64,000 bases of DNA, from the NCBI RefSeq assembly GCF_036321535.1, contig NC_087436.1, positions 36,396,001 through 36,460,000 of the forward strand. The letters run 5' to 3'. How positions within the stretch are numbered: position 1 is the stretch's first letter; each line of letters starts with the position of its first letter. The DNA comes from Camelus dromedarius (taxonomy: Eukaryota). The notes under the pieces are model-generated. The model had not been told where the DNA came from, searched no databases, and worked only from the letters and a program-made list of their open reading frames with translations. The position numbers were made by a program, and so were the translations under genes. Shown here piece after piece: positions 39,030-52,093 of this stretch.

Positions 39030-39260
39030 AGATGTACTTATTACACTCCAGGCGCTGCTCTAAGTACTTCACATTGATTAATTCATTTGATATTCACATC
39101 ATTATGAGGTAAGTACTGTCATCACTCCATTTTACAGGAAACGGAGGCACAAGGTATTTAAGTAACCTGTTTGTGGTCTCACAGCTCGTAAGCTGTGAAG
39201 CCATGATTTACACCTGGCTGGTTTAGTTCTATGGACCATGCTTCTCAACTCTAAACTATG
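39030..39260 (-). mobile_element. MIR SINE
   Basis: ccattttacaggaaacggaggcacaagg...aagtaacctg core. Confidence 0.7.
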
Positions 39261-39989
39261 TTGCTCTTAACAAATACCAGATGGAAGGACGAACGAATGG
39301 AGATGCTGTATATAAGGATGGATGGATGGATGAGTGTGCAAGTTTCTAGCTAGTTAAAGAAGGCTAAGGCATGAAAAAATGTGCCCACAGTAGGCCTCTG
39401 CAAGGAAGACCCAACTAAGTGCAAATCTGGGGGCACGAAATATTTCACACTAAAGCAGGAATCTATATTTTTGTGCGTTTTGAACACACAAACGCACAAA
39501 AGCAGACACAAAGAACCCATGGAAATGCATGGTTTTTGAAACCAAAGGACTGGATTTAAGTTATGTCTCTGCCATATTGGGGCCAGTTACTTTGTCTAAT
39601 AATACCCACCTCATCAGTGGAGGAAATGTGTGTATCCAGTGAGTGCCTGGAACTTAGGAACCTGCTGATAAACTGTGGTCCCTTCCCTGCTCAAGAGAGA
39701 TGACATCTCTTGGATCCAATTTATCACAAGCAGAAAAATGCTGAGAAAAGGACTGGAGTGGCTGGCTCACTGGAGGACAGGGAGGCAGGACTTGTCTGGG
39801 CCCCCTGTCCTCTTCCTAGGACCGGGCTTTGGGCTTTGAAAAGAGACGTGGACTCATAGCTTTCTTAGCTCTGCCAATTCCTTAAACTCTAGAATTAGTA
39901 GACAATTCACATGCCAGCTTGGAAAAATATGCCCATTATACAAAATGTGATATCCTTGAGGACAGAGTGCTTGATATTTATATTTTAAT

Positions 39990-40680
39990 ACTTTTCCTCA
40001 AGTAATTACAGCTGATTGCAAAAAACAATTAAAGAAATAGAAGTACATACAAAAAAAGAAACGAAAGAGGAGTCAATGTTAATCATCTTGGAAGGTCTTT
40101 CTTAATTTCTACGTATATATTTACGTATACTTTGTTTAAAAAGCAGAAACAGAATGAAGGGCAGCATTCTGTTATTTTTGCTTGATGATGTACTGTGGAT
40201 AGCTATACTAACAGAGGTATACATCAACTGCATGGCAATCCATTGAAAGGATACACCATAAATTATTTACCAACACTGTTAAGTGACATTTATATGGAAT
40301 CATTATTATGAATAATAATTCAAGGAAAATCTCTGTATGTACATCTTTGAGCCCCTTTTCTATTATGTATTTTATTTAAATTCCTAAAATGGGAATTTCC
40401 AGGTTGAACATGGGCATTTTTATTTTGATACACACATATCATCAAACTCCTCTAGAAAGGCGGTATTTCATAAAAGTATAGAAAAATCACCCACATGCTC
40501 TCTAACACTGGGTATAGCTATTGTTTCTAATGTTTGTCAGTGTCAGAGCAAAAAAAAAAAACTTCTCATTTTAACCTATATTTAACTGCTAGTGAATTAT
40601 ACACATTTATGTTTATTGACCATTTAAATTTTCTTCTGTGAATCTCTAGTCCATGTCCTTAGCACATTTTCGTATCTATT
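39990..40680 (-). mobile_element. Old degraded L1 fragment
   Basis: Reverse L1 ORF2-end-like text (ttcctaaaatgggaattt, tttattgaccattt, ttcttctgtgaat). Confidence 0.5.
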
Positions 40681-43214
40681 GTACAGCATGTATTCATCTT
40701 TGCAAATCTGATGCCTAGTATAGAGCCTCACACACAGTAGTCGGTCAATAAAAGTTTGTTGGATCTCTGCTCCACATGCATAGTTGTTAATCCCATAAGG
40801 CTACGTTTATTCCCACAGGATGCAGGGCCAGGGGTTCTAAGTTTCAGTTCTGACTACTGAGAATTTACTATCTAACTTTGTAAAATCAAATTCTTGGAAT
40901 CTGGAAATGCTGACCATAGTCAGACTGCCAGTAGGCCTGACACCATGTATCCCCCAGTCCAATAGTTTAAAGAGAACAGCTCCTATGTAACAATTTGCAG
41001 AAAAACAGACCAGGAAGGAGAGCAGGAGCCACCTACCTGGTATCACTGAGAGGTCCCACACGGCTGGCCTGTCCCCAACCTTCCTCTTTCTTGATGGAAG
41101 CTCAAAATCCATCTTCTGGGAGCCTTATACCTTAACAAGTCCTGGAATAATCAAGAACTCTTGTTTTCTATGGGATATTTAGGAAAAGAAATGATGTTTT
41201 CTATCAAAATCTCATTGTATTCATATTTCAAGAAGACTTGGTCAATCCAGACCATGCAGAGAAATCCCTAAAGAAACATTTGTAATGCTTCCTTTTCATA
41301 TATGTAATTTATACATATATAGTGTATATAACACAATTTATGTTGTGTTTACTTTCAATGTTTCTAAAAACATGTATTTCCATTTTCTCTCTTTTCTCTT
41401 TTATTTTAATGACAGGGAATTTTAAAGATACGAAATCGTTTTCTAATAACAGAAACCAACGTTATAATATTGTGCTTTTAAGAAAAGGGCCTTATGAGTC
41501 TGTTGTGCAGGAACCTATTTGGATGTCATTGGGAGTCACCTGCACCATCACTCAATAGATAGCAGGCCCTCTAGGAAAAATCCATGGAATTTTACTGTCT
41601 TCCTTCATACACTGACAAGTTTTCAAAAGAATGATCACATTCATCCTTCACATTAACTTGTGAGAAAGAACAAAAAATACTATATATTTTTTTAGTTCTG
41701 AGGGGCCACTGATTAAAAGATACACCATTTATTTAGTAACAGCTTTTGGGGATTAAAGAAAAAAAAACATTTCCATGTTAAATGTATACATTTAAAAATG
41801 TTTCCAGATTTCAGAAATACAAGAAAAAATATTTCTTAGCATCAGGAAACCATGATGGCACTAGCCCCATTTAACCTGAAGAAACAACGCCTTACCCAAA
41901 GAATCAAGATGTGGACGCACATTTCCTTGGTTCAGTGCCTCTATATGACACGTTTGCTGGATCAAAGTGGGTAAGAACGAGTTTGAAGTCTGAGGTCAAG
42001 TCAGCCAAAGGGGAGGAGGGCCTGGCAGGGAAGGAGGCTGGGCCACAAGCCAGACAGACACTGCCTGGGTTGTGATTTCGCCATTGACCACTTTGTTTCT
42101 GACCATGGATTCCAGATCCTATTCCAAACATGCCGAGCTATATGCACAATCTATCTTGACTTTTTATTCTCTTTTGTCATTCCCAGCATCCTGTCCCCGC
42201 TTCAGATACCTGTCACTTCCCCATTTTTACCAGATATACCCACCAGAATGTCTGTATTCTAAGAGAGATTGAAAAGACTCAAAGAAATAAAGTTCTAGTG
42301 GTACTGAGGGGCCGTAATACACAGCGGCTGGAATTTGACATTGTTGGCTGGACAGTCAAATTTATGTGTCTATATGTACCCTTAAAGTTATAACTAAAAA
42401 CAAACTATTTGTAACCTGGTGCTCTCTTTAACAAACGTGCCAGTCTGTCCTCGGGGCGGTGATTGGGTGGCTTGCATATTGGCATTGTCGCAATGGGAGA
42501 GGCTGAAATTCTACACAACTTGCCTTCTCTCACAAGGCTTTGCAATGCCCATTTAGCCCTGGAGTCTTACTGTCCTTGGCCTCTGTCCTTATACAGCCAA
42601 GCTAAGCCAGGTAATCCAGAACACAGGGGCCTCAGACTTCAGGCACACTTCTCTGGGGGCCTCAGGTTGCAGTCTGAGCCTCAGCCGGCACACACGCACC
42701 TGCGAGGCTTCTCGAGCAGCAAGGAGCCACCCATGTGATCGGGCAGAGCTCAACAAAAACGTGATTTTCGCTGCCCAACTTCCTCCTCTCTCACCCCAGC
42801 GCTTCAAGAGAATAGAGACTTTCTGTCTGATAAAGTTCTTTCTTTACCCACATGAAAGGGGTGTGGAGCAATTGTAAGCTCGCTGAAGAGCAGTTGTCTG
42901 TGGAGACAACCACAGCTTCGGTTTTTGGGCCACCAGCCCCCATGGCTGCCTCTCTTCCTACCTTTGTTGGAGCAGGAGGAGCAGTTTGTGCCAACTCCAG
43001 AACTTCAAGTGTGTCATTTCTGAAACCACAATAAGTCTCTCAAGCTTCCTGAACAAAGTGCACGGAGTGGCAAGCCCTGAGTACTTTTGGGCCTCCTGAA
43101 ACCACAAAGCTGATTATTGAACAAAGCCCTGGAGCATCCGAGCACAGAAGTGCCTTCCTTGGAGCTCATCTCAGAACATGAAAAACAGCTGTTGAGAGGA
43201 GGGACTGGGTAGGC

Positions 43215-43216
<2 letters not shown>

Positions 43217-43252
<36 letters not shown>
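43217..43252 (+). repeat. (GT)18 microsatellite
   Basis: Direct reading. Confidence 0.95.
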
Positions 43253-43254
<2 letters not shown>

Positions 43255-43779
43255 GGTGTGTAGGGGGGCTGAGGTGGGAGGGAGTCTGTCCTCTGCTCAG
43301 AACAGTAACACCACCTAGATAGTCTGCACCAGTGATGGGTCACAACCTTTTCAAGCACAAGGACCTACCTGTAATATCAAATTTTAAAACATAAATTTAT
43401 ATTTTGCTAGTTCTGGTTATCCTCACATTTATAAAAAATGTTGGTAAGTTTGCACAAAACATTATTTTTTCACTCCTGAAATTATGCATCTATAATCCAG
43501 ATTCACGGATATTTTGCAATAACTGTGTGGCCCACTAGAGGTCCCACCAGAGGTTGGGAACCACTGATAAATGGGAAATACTCTTCATGTCTAGTACCCA
43601 ACAGGTTTAGTGACAGGTCTTCAAGCTTCCAGAAGAGAATCAACTATGCATGTGGATGCCTATCAATTCAGTGTTTATTTATGGGCTTTGAATTACTTGG
43701 ATAAATTCCTCTTGGAATATAATGCCAGGAAATAACTGTCTCTCTCTCTTTCTTTCTTTCTCTTTAAAATCATTAAAAA

Positions 43780-43920
43780 ATTTTTGTCCAGCTTTATTGA
43801 AATATAATTAACATATAACATTGTGTAGGTTTAAGGTGTACAGCATATTGATTTGGTATGTTTATAATTGCAAAATGATTACCACCATAGCCTTAGCTAA
43901 CAGCTCCATCCCATCACAGA
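43780..43920 (-). mobile_element. Short L1 3' end fragment
   Basis: gctttattgaaatataattaacatataacattgtgtaggtttaaggtgtacagcat. Confidence 0.75.
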
Positions 43921-44716
43921 AACTATATATCTCTGAAGGAGGGTTATATTTTCTCCTTCTAGGCAATGCAAACCATATAATTCTCTGTATTTCCTGTTTT
44001 TCCTTAGCTATAAGGAAGTTTAGAACTAAATGTGATGCTTGGTTGTGGCAGTAACCTGGTACCCCAGTCCCTGAACTTTCTGCCCCTTCCTCAACATTGC
44101 TTCTAGTCCTCCTCTTTATTTTTCAAACGTCTCTCTAAATGTCATATTCATCGCAGGCCTCCTCACCTCACTGGAATTAGATTGGGCATAAATTATAAAT
44201 AAGCACCAAGCACTTCCTTTGGCTGTGAGCCTCCAAGGTAGTTAAAAAGGGTAAAATGCCCTGCAGAGGGCCTTCCTCTGGGCCACTGAGCTAGTCTGCC
44301 AACTGCTCTGCTGAGCATATGCTTGTGGACGGGTGTCACTCAATTTCCTAGGCTTCATTTCTCCAGGATGATAGGGAGGGCAGGGGACAGCGGTGGATGA
44401 GCAACTTGACTCAGTATCACAACACCCACCCTACACAGGGCTCCAAAGCAAAGCAAAACAAAACCGAGCGAAACCCTATCTGTCCTAAGGAATTCAGGAG
44501 AGCTGGCCATCAGAGATAGGCAGGAAAAGCATCTCCTCAAGCGCCAGGAGCTCTCCCCAACACTCTCAATGGCAGAATCTCCTGACCACTCTTCCAGGAA
44601 ATGTTTTTTCCTATTTTATTTCTTATCTGGCCTGTTGCCCTTGCCTTGTTCCAGCCTCTCAACTGTCTCCTTCACGTCCAACCTGCCTCCTTCCGCCAAC
44701 AGACTAAGCCATTTTA

Positions 44717-44732
44717 CCACAAGGGGGCAGTG
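44717..44732 (+). promoter_or_regulatory. Strong CTCF core motif (forward orientation)
   Basis: CCACAAGGGGGCAGTG matches the CTCF core at nearly every position and lies in non-repeat sequence. Confidence 0.65.
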
Positions 44733-44879
44733 CAGTTAAAGAAACTATGAATCCAACAGGCTTTGCAGCTCTAGGCTAAGAAGTTCTAGTCATAAGATCA
44801 TTCCATACATTGTGCTTCAGAAACTTGTATTTCTCCATGATTTTTTTCCCCTCTCCACTTTAAAACTCACATTCTGGTG

Positions 44880-45290
44880 AGATGTGTAGGCCCCTGCCTG
44901 AAGGCTCTAGAGAAAAAGCCATAGGCTGGACGGATAAACAAGCTGTGAGGAATGTCATGTATCCAGTATGGACGATTGGATAGCCAATGACGGGTAAGAT
45001 CCTCAGAGGAGGACAACCTAAGACAGGCACAGCCGGCTGGATAAGAGATGGCCTACTTAATGAAGTTTCGTGAGAACTTTGAAACAATCTGTTGATCATG
45101 TAACATCCTGTGCTTACTACAGGAACTTGGGGACCTAAACAGATTAAAACTATTAACATTGTCATAACTTAGATGATATGTGAGGCATCGTGCATGTCCT
45201 ATATAAATCCTTTTCCAAGAATCAATAAACAGAGAACTGCTTCGCTTCTCTCCACACAGTGTTCGTGTGCACATGATATCGCATCACCAA
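44880..45290 (+). mobile_element. Probable LTR remnant
   Basis: ATTGG/CCAAT boxes near 44976-44989, TATATAAA near 45200, AATAAA near 45224. Family not recognised. Confidence 0.4.
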
Positions 45291-46379
45291 CAAGATGCAC
45301 ATTGTAAATCTGTATTCATATCAATGATTTTATAAACTGGTTGTCTTAAATTCTATCAAAGTCCTCTTTAAGATGCCACTTAATACACGGTGATGTGATA
45401 TGTATATCAAAATACAGACCCAGAGGTCATTACATTTGACTAGGGCCTCCTTTGGGTACAAACAACAAAGTTATGATGATGTGGTGTTTCTTAGAACTAA
45501 ACCCCTTCGGACAGTGCTGTGAGAGCCCTGCAGAGTAAGGGGGTGGAGTGGGGTCTCTGAACTTGAAAGGAAGCTAAGAATTACATACTTACAAATATCC
45601 AGTCTGCTTAGTGACTTTCCTCTTTATTATAAAGGCTACTAGGTATTTGGTCTATGTACTGTGAGTTTGGTTAGTGTGAGTCAGACCCCCAAGCCAGTTC
45701 TGACAGGCTCCAGCTGCTGTGTGGAGCATGGTGGCTCCCAGGTCTGGCCTCAGGGGCAGTGGCTTTACTCCATTATCTCTAAGTGTCTGTTTTTATAATG
45801 GGATGTAATATTTGTTCTGCTTTAATTATAAGAGTTTGTCACTATAAATAAAGGTACTGCCAAAGGAGGGTGAGTATTATGATACACATAGTCACTGCTC
45901 AGTCATTAATTCAAACTGTCACTACTATTTAACTCTTAATTAACACCAGAGGATTACTAGGTATTTTCTAGAAAACAGAGAGAAAGGATATGCCTGCAGT
46001 TTCAGCTGTAGGTCAGAAGAAAGCATCAACTGTCACTAATGAACTTGGCTTCTGCTCCTTAGAAATGACCCTGAATGGATCATGAGACTTAGGATCTCCC
46101 TAAGATAGGTGGTTCCCCAAAGAGTGCAAGGAAGATTCGATAGTCAAGCATGGGGAGATTTTCCAGGTACCTTACATTGGTAGACAAAGATGTATTAAGA
46201 CTGAGAAGAATCAAACTTACTGTGGTGATCATTTTGCAATACATACAAATACCGAATCATTATGTTGTACACCTGAAACTAATATAATGTCAATTATATC
46301 TCAATTTTTTTAAAAAGTTGAACTTTCTAAAACAAAAGACTGAAAAGAAAGGATCAACTGCTAGGTAATCTAGAGCAGA

Positions 46380-46800
46380 GCGAAGAAAACAGGTTAAGAT
46401 CAAGGGAGATAATGCTCCTGTCTCTCAGTCTCTGTAGAAGGATAGGAACCTCCCTTAGATAAGTGCTTTGCTCCAAGGTACAAAACTGCCCCCTGTCATA
46501 AAGAGATGAGAAGTTTTTTTTTTTCTCCAGATAAAGTCAATTAGTTAACACAGATGGTCACCCTAAGTACAAGGTAAAGTGAGGATAAACTGTGACAAAT
46601 GGCGCTATAGGAGCATCTTACATGAGGACCAGTTGTTGTTTATCTTGAAAACATGTATGTAATTGGTTGTATCTGCGTGGCTATATAAGGCGGTGAGATT
46701 TCTTTCTGTCTTTGCAATCTTTTAGCAGGTTGCCTGTGATGTGCATCAAATTCAGGTTTAATGCTTATTGAACAATAAAACTGTTTCCTTTTTCTAAAAG
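46380..46800 (+). mobile_element. ERV1-type LTR remnant
   Basis: cccttagataag, TATATAA at 46682, AATAAA near 46774, LTR-like order of elements. Confidence 0.55.
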
Positions 46801-46869
46801 AAAGCAGGTTAGGGAGGACTATGAAAGGAAGGGAAATTTACAGAGGGGAGTGTACTGAATATGGGCACT

Positions 46870-47085
46870 ATAGTAAGCGCTTAACTTGGATTTATATAAC
46901 CACCCTAGGAGGGAGGTAGGTATTATTATTATTATTACCCTTATGTAAAAGAGGAAATTGAGTAAAGAAAGGTAAGTAATTTTCCCAGAGTTTCCTAGAG
47001 AAACAAGTGGGGTTTTAATCTGGCCCATGTTCTTAATTGCTACCATGCTTCCTACTCCAGAGTCTGCATTCTTAACCATGCTGCT
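46870..47085 (-). mobile_element. MIR SINE
   Basis: aaccaccctaggagggaggtaggtattatt...gaggaaattgag...ttcttaaccat. Confidence 0.65.
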
Positions 47086-49061
47086 GTCCCCTCTCCAGAA
47101 GGGTCTATGAACCTAGAACAAGTTAAGGAAAGGCAGGACAAAGGCTCCAGGGAGGTGGTCCTGGGCCCAGCTTCTCAGCATTCCTGCCACACTGATAGAT
47201 AAGGACAATTTATTTTCATTTCCCCGGTGATAAATCTCTGTTTCTTTATTTCAGGACTGTGTGCTTGAGGGTCCTTCAGCACAGACATGGCATTACTTCT
47301 CAGGTGAATCAGACTTCAGCACAGAGAAGTCATTCAGTAGATATATTGAGTTTTGTGACCAAAACTTGGGAAAAAGGAAATCTATAAATAGTTTGATGGC
47401 AAGTGCATCTCTGGGAACTAAGATAAGTAACAACCACTTTCATCAGTTCAGTCAAAATTATATAAATAAAACTGCATACATTATGGGAAAATGCAAGCAT
47501 ACCATTTAGTGAGAGGGAAATATCTGTTGAAAGAATCATGTTAGGAATCATTGTAGTCATGCAGAATTGGTGTCACAAATAACTGCAGATACACATAATG
47601 AAGGGGATCTCAACCATTCATCTCGACAATATACAGAGGTTAAAGAAACCACAAAAGACAGACTAGGGTGGCTGTGGGTTATACTAACTAGTACAATAAC
47701 GGCCACACCTTATTCCACAAGAGTAAAATTTCAATTTAACTAGAAGAGAGTGAACCCGGTGTAATATTAAATGACCCAGAATTATCAGCATGAATACAAA
47801 CCATTGTGTCATGTGGAACTGTCTGTCCTGATGCTTTGCCGTACTCAAATTCTTGTGTCTGATTTGTAAATTCCTTTTCTTTTTCTCATTGCAGACTGCG
47901 TGCAGTGATGTGTCTGTTTCCAGTGGCTGCCAAGCTCCCTGTGGTCCCTTTGACTCCTCCCTGGTACATAGGGGCAGGTTCCTAGAAGAAGCAAGTTCTT
48001 TAATAGGACCTGGCACCTGGTAACAATTGATTGCATGAGGGGTGGGCACCTGACCAGGTTAATTGGGGGTCCTTCCAAGGTAACGTGGATTTTGGAGCTT
48101 AGAGTGAGTGTTACATTCTCTATGGGTCTGTAACTGTAATATATGAACTGAGAAGCTGTCATCTAAACTCATCCATGGCCTGTCCTCTAAGCCCTTTGTA
48201 AAGTAGATGCTTGATGAGAAGGAGGAATAAGAGGCAGTAAAAAAGTGTGCAAGGATTCACAATGGACTTCTCAGTACCAATTCAACTCTTTTTTGAGGCC
48301 CAGAACATTCCTATCCTTAGGTTCCTCTATAAGACATCTTCATATTCTGAAAATAAATCCCATTTACTGCTTACATGGGTGTCGTGGACATTTGTTGTTG
48401 CTTCTCCAGCATCCTTTCTTTACTTCCCCCTTCCTAACAGCCCCCCCAATTTCCCATCATATGTTTTGAGTAGAACTGACCCTAAATCTCAGTTCCAAGG
48501 TGGGCCCAGACTGCAGTCAGCACAGCTCATGATCCTGGATAGGGTTACTGATGCAGAGGGGAACGCATGACCAAGTTTGTCCTGACTGTGCTATCAAGAG
48601 ACTTTTCTGGGAGCGTCTGAGAAAGTTTCCATTGTCATTCTTAGGAGTTAGCAAAAAAAAAAAAAAAGCCTAGTGGCCATAAAAGAGATTTTAAGTGTCA
48701 GGTGCTTCTGACAAACACATTCAACTATAAGGGAATTCAGACTTAAGATAAAGCCAAAACTATGCAGAAAAAAATGGGGTTCTTAGTGAGAACATAGACC
48801 AAACTTTGCCTGAAGCCTTTATATATATCACTTATATGGATGATACATTTCCTTTACTTTTAAAGAGTAATTTGAGTTAGGTTTTTGGTTGTTTGATTCC
48901 TAATTAATAAGCAGTTTTAAGGTGGTTTCTGTCATCTGCAACAAAAGAACACTACCTTTGTAGTATTCAGTGACTTAAATCTGAGCAGTATATAAAAGTC
49001 AGAGTAAGTAGGCACTAAGGAGAGACCGAAGGGAATCTCTTGCTAAATAAATACTCAAGCT

Positions 49062-49104
49062 TGTGTGTGTGTGTGTGTGGTGTGTGGTGGTGGTGGTGGT
49101 GGTG
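49062..49104 (+). repeat. (GT)n/(GGT)n compound microsatellite
   Basis: Direct reading. Confidence 0.9.
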
Positions 49105-51544
49105 CTGATGGTGTTGTGGGTGGGGTTTAAATACTATTTTTACTTGTTCTGAGGCCTTTTGGAAGTTACTTCCTGATTTTTGGTCTTCTCAAGAAGCTAG
49201 ACTACCAAAGAAAGGAATTCAGGATAAATCTCAGCATATTTTACTAATAGAGGAGACTTTAGAATGATGAACTAATTCAACTTCATTTTATATAGAAATC
49301 ATGAAAATTACTGCACATTTTCAAACACAAGTGTAGCAGGTTGTGGAATAGAAGTTTTTCTATTGTCCTGAAATTTCAGCTGAGGTACAAATCTGAAAAT
49401 AATGGGTAATCCCTCTAAATTCTAAACAGTCATGACTTGGTGGGAAGTATCTGACCTAGTCCAGATCCCCAATACACTGTATAAAAGCAAACTAAGGATT
49501 CCCTGGGAAGAGGAGTCCTTGCACAAAGTTCACAATAGAGACCTACCCTCCCTGTGAGGGAAGATTTGGGCTACATGTCCCCTTAGTGCATGAGGCAGAT
49601 CCCCAAAGAAGTCCTCCTAGGGACCAGGGTTATTGGCCAGAACAGGGCCAACCTGCATCTCTTGCCATGTGCTGCCACCACCAAAGTGCACGTAGATGAG
49701 TTTTGGGAGCTTAGGGACACATCTGAAGGAGAAACCAGAGCAGCCCAAGATGGCAGGGTAAAGGGAGAGGGAAGCAGTAGGACGGAGCTGGGCAAGGATG
49801 CCAAATGTTCCCAGGGTCAGTTCTGGGTGAACGGGTGGTGGAGTGGGCACGTGAGAGTCAGTCCTAAAAGGCTCCAACCCAAAAGGCTGTCCACTAGGGT
49901 GATGGAATCCTGGCAGAACAAGGCTGCATGGGGTTCCCACCAGTGGGAGGAGCTGATGGGGTATCATAAGAGGTCATCCGGGGAGGGAATCGCCCTAAAT
50001 CATGAACCAGGGAAAGTGAAGATCTCTGTGGAATTCACCAGTGTGTGCCATGAAAGGGCCAGCATGTGAATCTCAGTGTGAGAGAGCAAAGTCAGAAGCA
50101 CCAATTAGTTAAAGCACCAACCTCTACTTCTTGTGTCTCCCCTCCCCCTGGCCCTGAAGGAGCTGAGGGTAGCAAAGATGTGTGTTTGCAGGGGGAGAGA
50201 AGGGAGAGCGAAAGAGCAGAGTACTGCATTCTCTCTTCCCCCAAGGCTGGTTTAAAGCTACGAGCCAATTCCAAGCTAGCAGGTAGGAGAAGGGAGAAGC
50301 TTTAATTGGATGAAAGATTTAAATTTTGTTATTAGATTGGCTGTTCTTCTATAGCTGAGAATAGGATTGTTCTGATGTTCCAAAATGACTGGAAAAGATT
50401 GGAATCTGCCTCATATATTATCCAGATGTGGAGAATGGAGAGCCATTATGGTGCTTAGGGCCAGTGATGGGAGAAGAATAATGCTGTTTCACTTGCTAAA
50501 TAAATCAGTAAGACTTTTATCATAAACATAAACCAATGTACAACAACATTGTGTTGTTTAGGGCAGAAACAATAGCAGATCAACAAATTCAAGCTACAGA
50601 CCTAACATTTCACTAATTGGTAATCAGAGTAAAATAGAGCAATCCACTGATAATGCTCTTTAACTAAAACAGAGCTGGTCCAGAAACCTGCCACAAAGCT
50701 GAGTGTAACCATGCCAGAGAAGCCTCCCTGCCAAATGCATAGGCTAAGCTTCGGCTTTGAGGGCACCAATATGATTACCATGGGGATGCCCTCTCTCTTT
50801 CCGGTACTCTGGCCATTAAAAAAAACTCTTGATTTTGCCTCACTCAGTCACTTTCCCCTTTCTGTCTGCCTAGAAGGTTCTTTAGAGACTTCAAAATACT
50901 ACGGGTTATAACATCCAGTTTTACAATTATCTATGGGTAATTTTCACTATATTATGTAAAAGAGAATGAGTATGACTCTACTTAGTATGTGTGGGTAGGG
51001 AAAAATTCGTGATAATCACATTTGTTAAAAACTAAAGTCCTTGTGTTTTGGAGGTTTGAACTCTCCTTGAGATCTTGTGAAAGATACCAGTGGTTTAGTT
51101 TGATCCTTGAGTAAGTCTGTCCTATTATGAATGCACATACAGATGCATGCATGTGCACATGCCTTTGACTTTTCAGATTCTCAGTTCCTTATCCATGAAA
51201 TAAAGTGTTGCATCCCAGGATATGATCCACAGTCTTTCTAGAGCTATAGTTCCAAACAAGGTACTGAAAATTAAGCATCAAAATATGCAATTACAATTGC
51301 AGTATATTTTACCCTAATTACAAAGACTGGAAAACATATACATGTAAAACAACCCTCTCAAAGTGGTAATTAAAACCAAAAATCTTTTATTTAATCCTAG
51401 ATTGTCCAGAAAATTCAGTTAACTATAATAGCCTATTCTTTGTATACTCTGATTAATTATGTTTAACATATTTTTAGAAGCAGGTCATTACTAGTATAAT
51501 GGAGTTAAAATATAGGTAACACCAAGTTAATATAATAAGTAAGC

Positions 51545-51760
51545 CAGATGGGCAAAATAGGTGAAGGAGATTAATAGGCATAAACTACCAGTTATAAAAT
51601 AAATAAGTCGCAGGAATATAATATATAGTATAGGAAATACAGCCAACAGTCCTGTAATAACTTTGTGTATGGATAATATATAGAGATACTGAATTACTAG
51701 GTTGTATTCCTGAAACTAATATAATATTGTAAGTCAGCTGTATTTCAAAGAAAAGAAGAA
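51545..51760 (+). mobile_element. L1 3' end fragment
   Basis: ataggtgaaggagattaa...ccagttataaaataaataagtc...ctgaaactaatataatattgtaagtca plus an A-rich tail. Confidence 0.75.
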
Positions 51761-52093
51761 GGCAAATAATAATATGAAATTATGCTTTTGTGGAGCATTC
51801 TTGCTGATTTGGAAAATCTTTTAAACTTTATTTCTTTGCATGAAATTTTTACCCAAGTTTGAATTTCCAGTGATTACAAACTCTCTTTTAATAAAATTCT
51901 GGTCTAGTCAGTATCCTCATTTTATGAGATGAACATTATCAATAAGATGGATAAAAATTTCCTGTCTCGGAACAAAGACACTGAAAATGAAACAAACAAA
52001 AAATCCAGAACTATTGCAACATTTTGAATCCATCAGAAATCACTACCATTAATTTTTTTGGAGACTACAAATTCTGTTTTGCACACATGAAGA

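Noticed and set aside
43530..43556. Tandem CTCF-like CCACTAGAGGTC / CCACCAGAGGTT (also a partial match near 27008-27024)
   Set aside because: They lack the critical GGC at the 3' end of the core.
47240..47900. Strong splice acceptors at about 47254 and 47893 suggesting lncRNA exons
   Set aside because: No paired donors or transcript evidence, and such motifs are common by chance.
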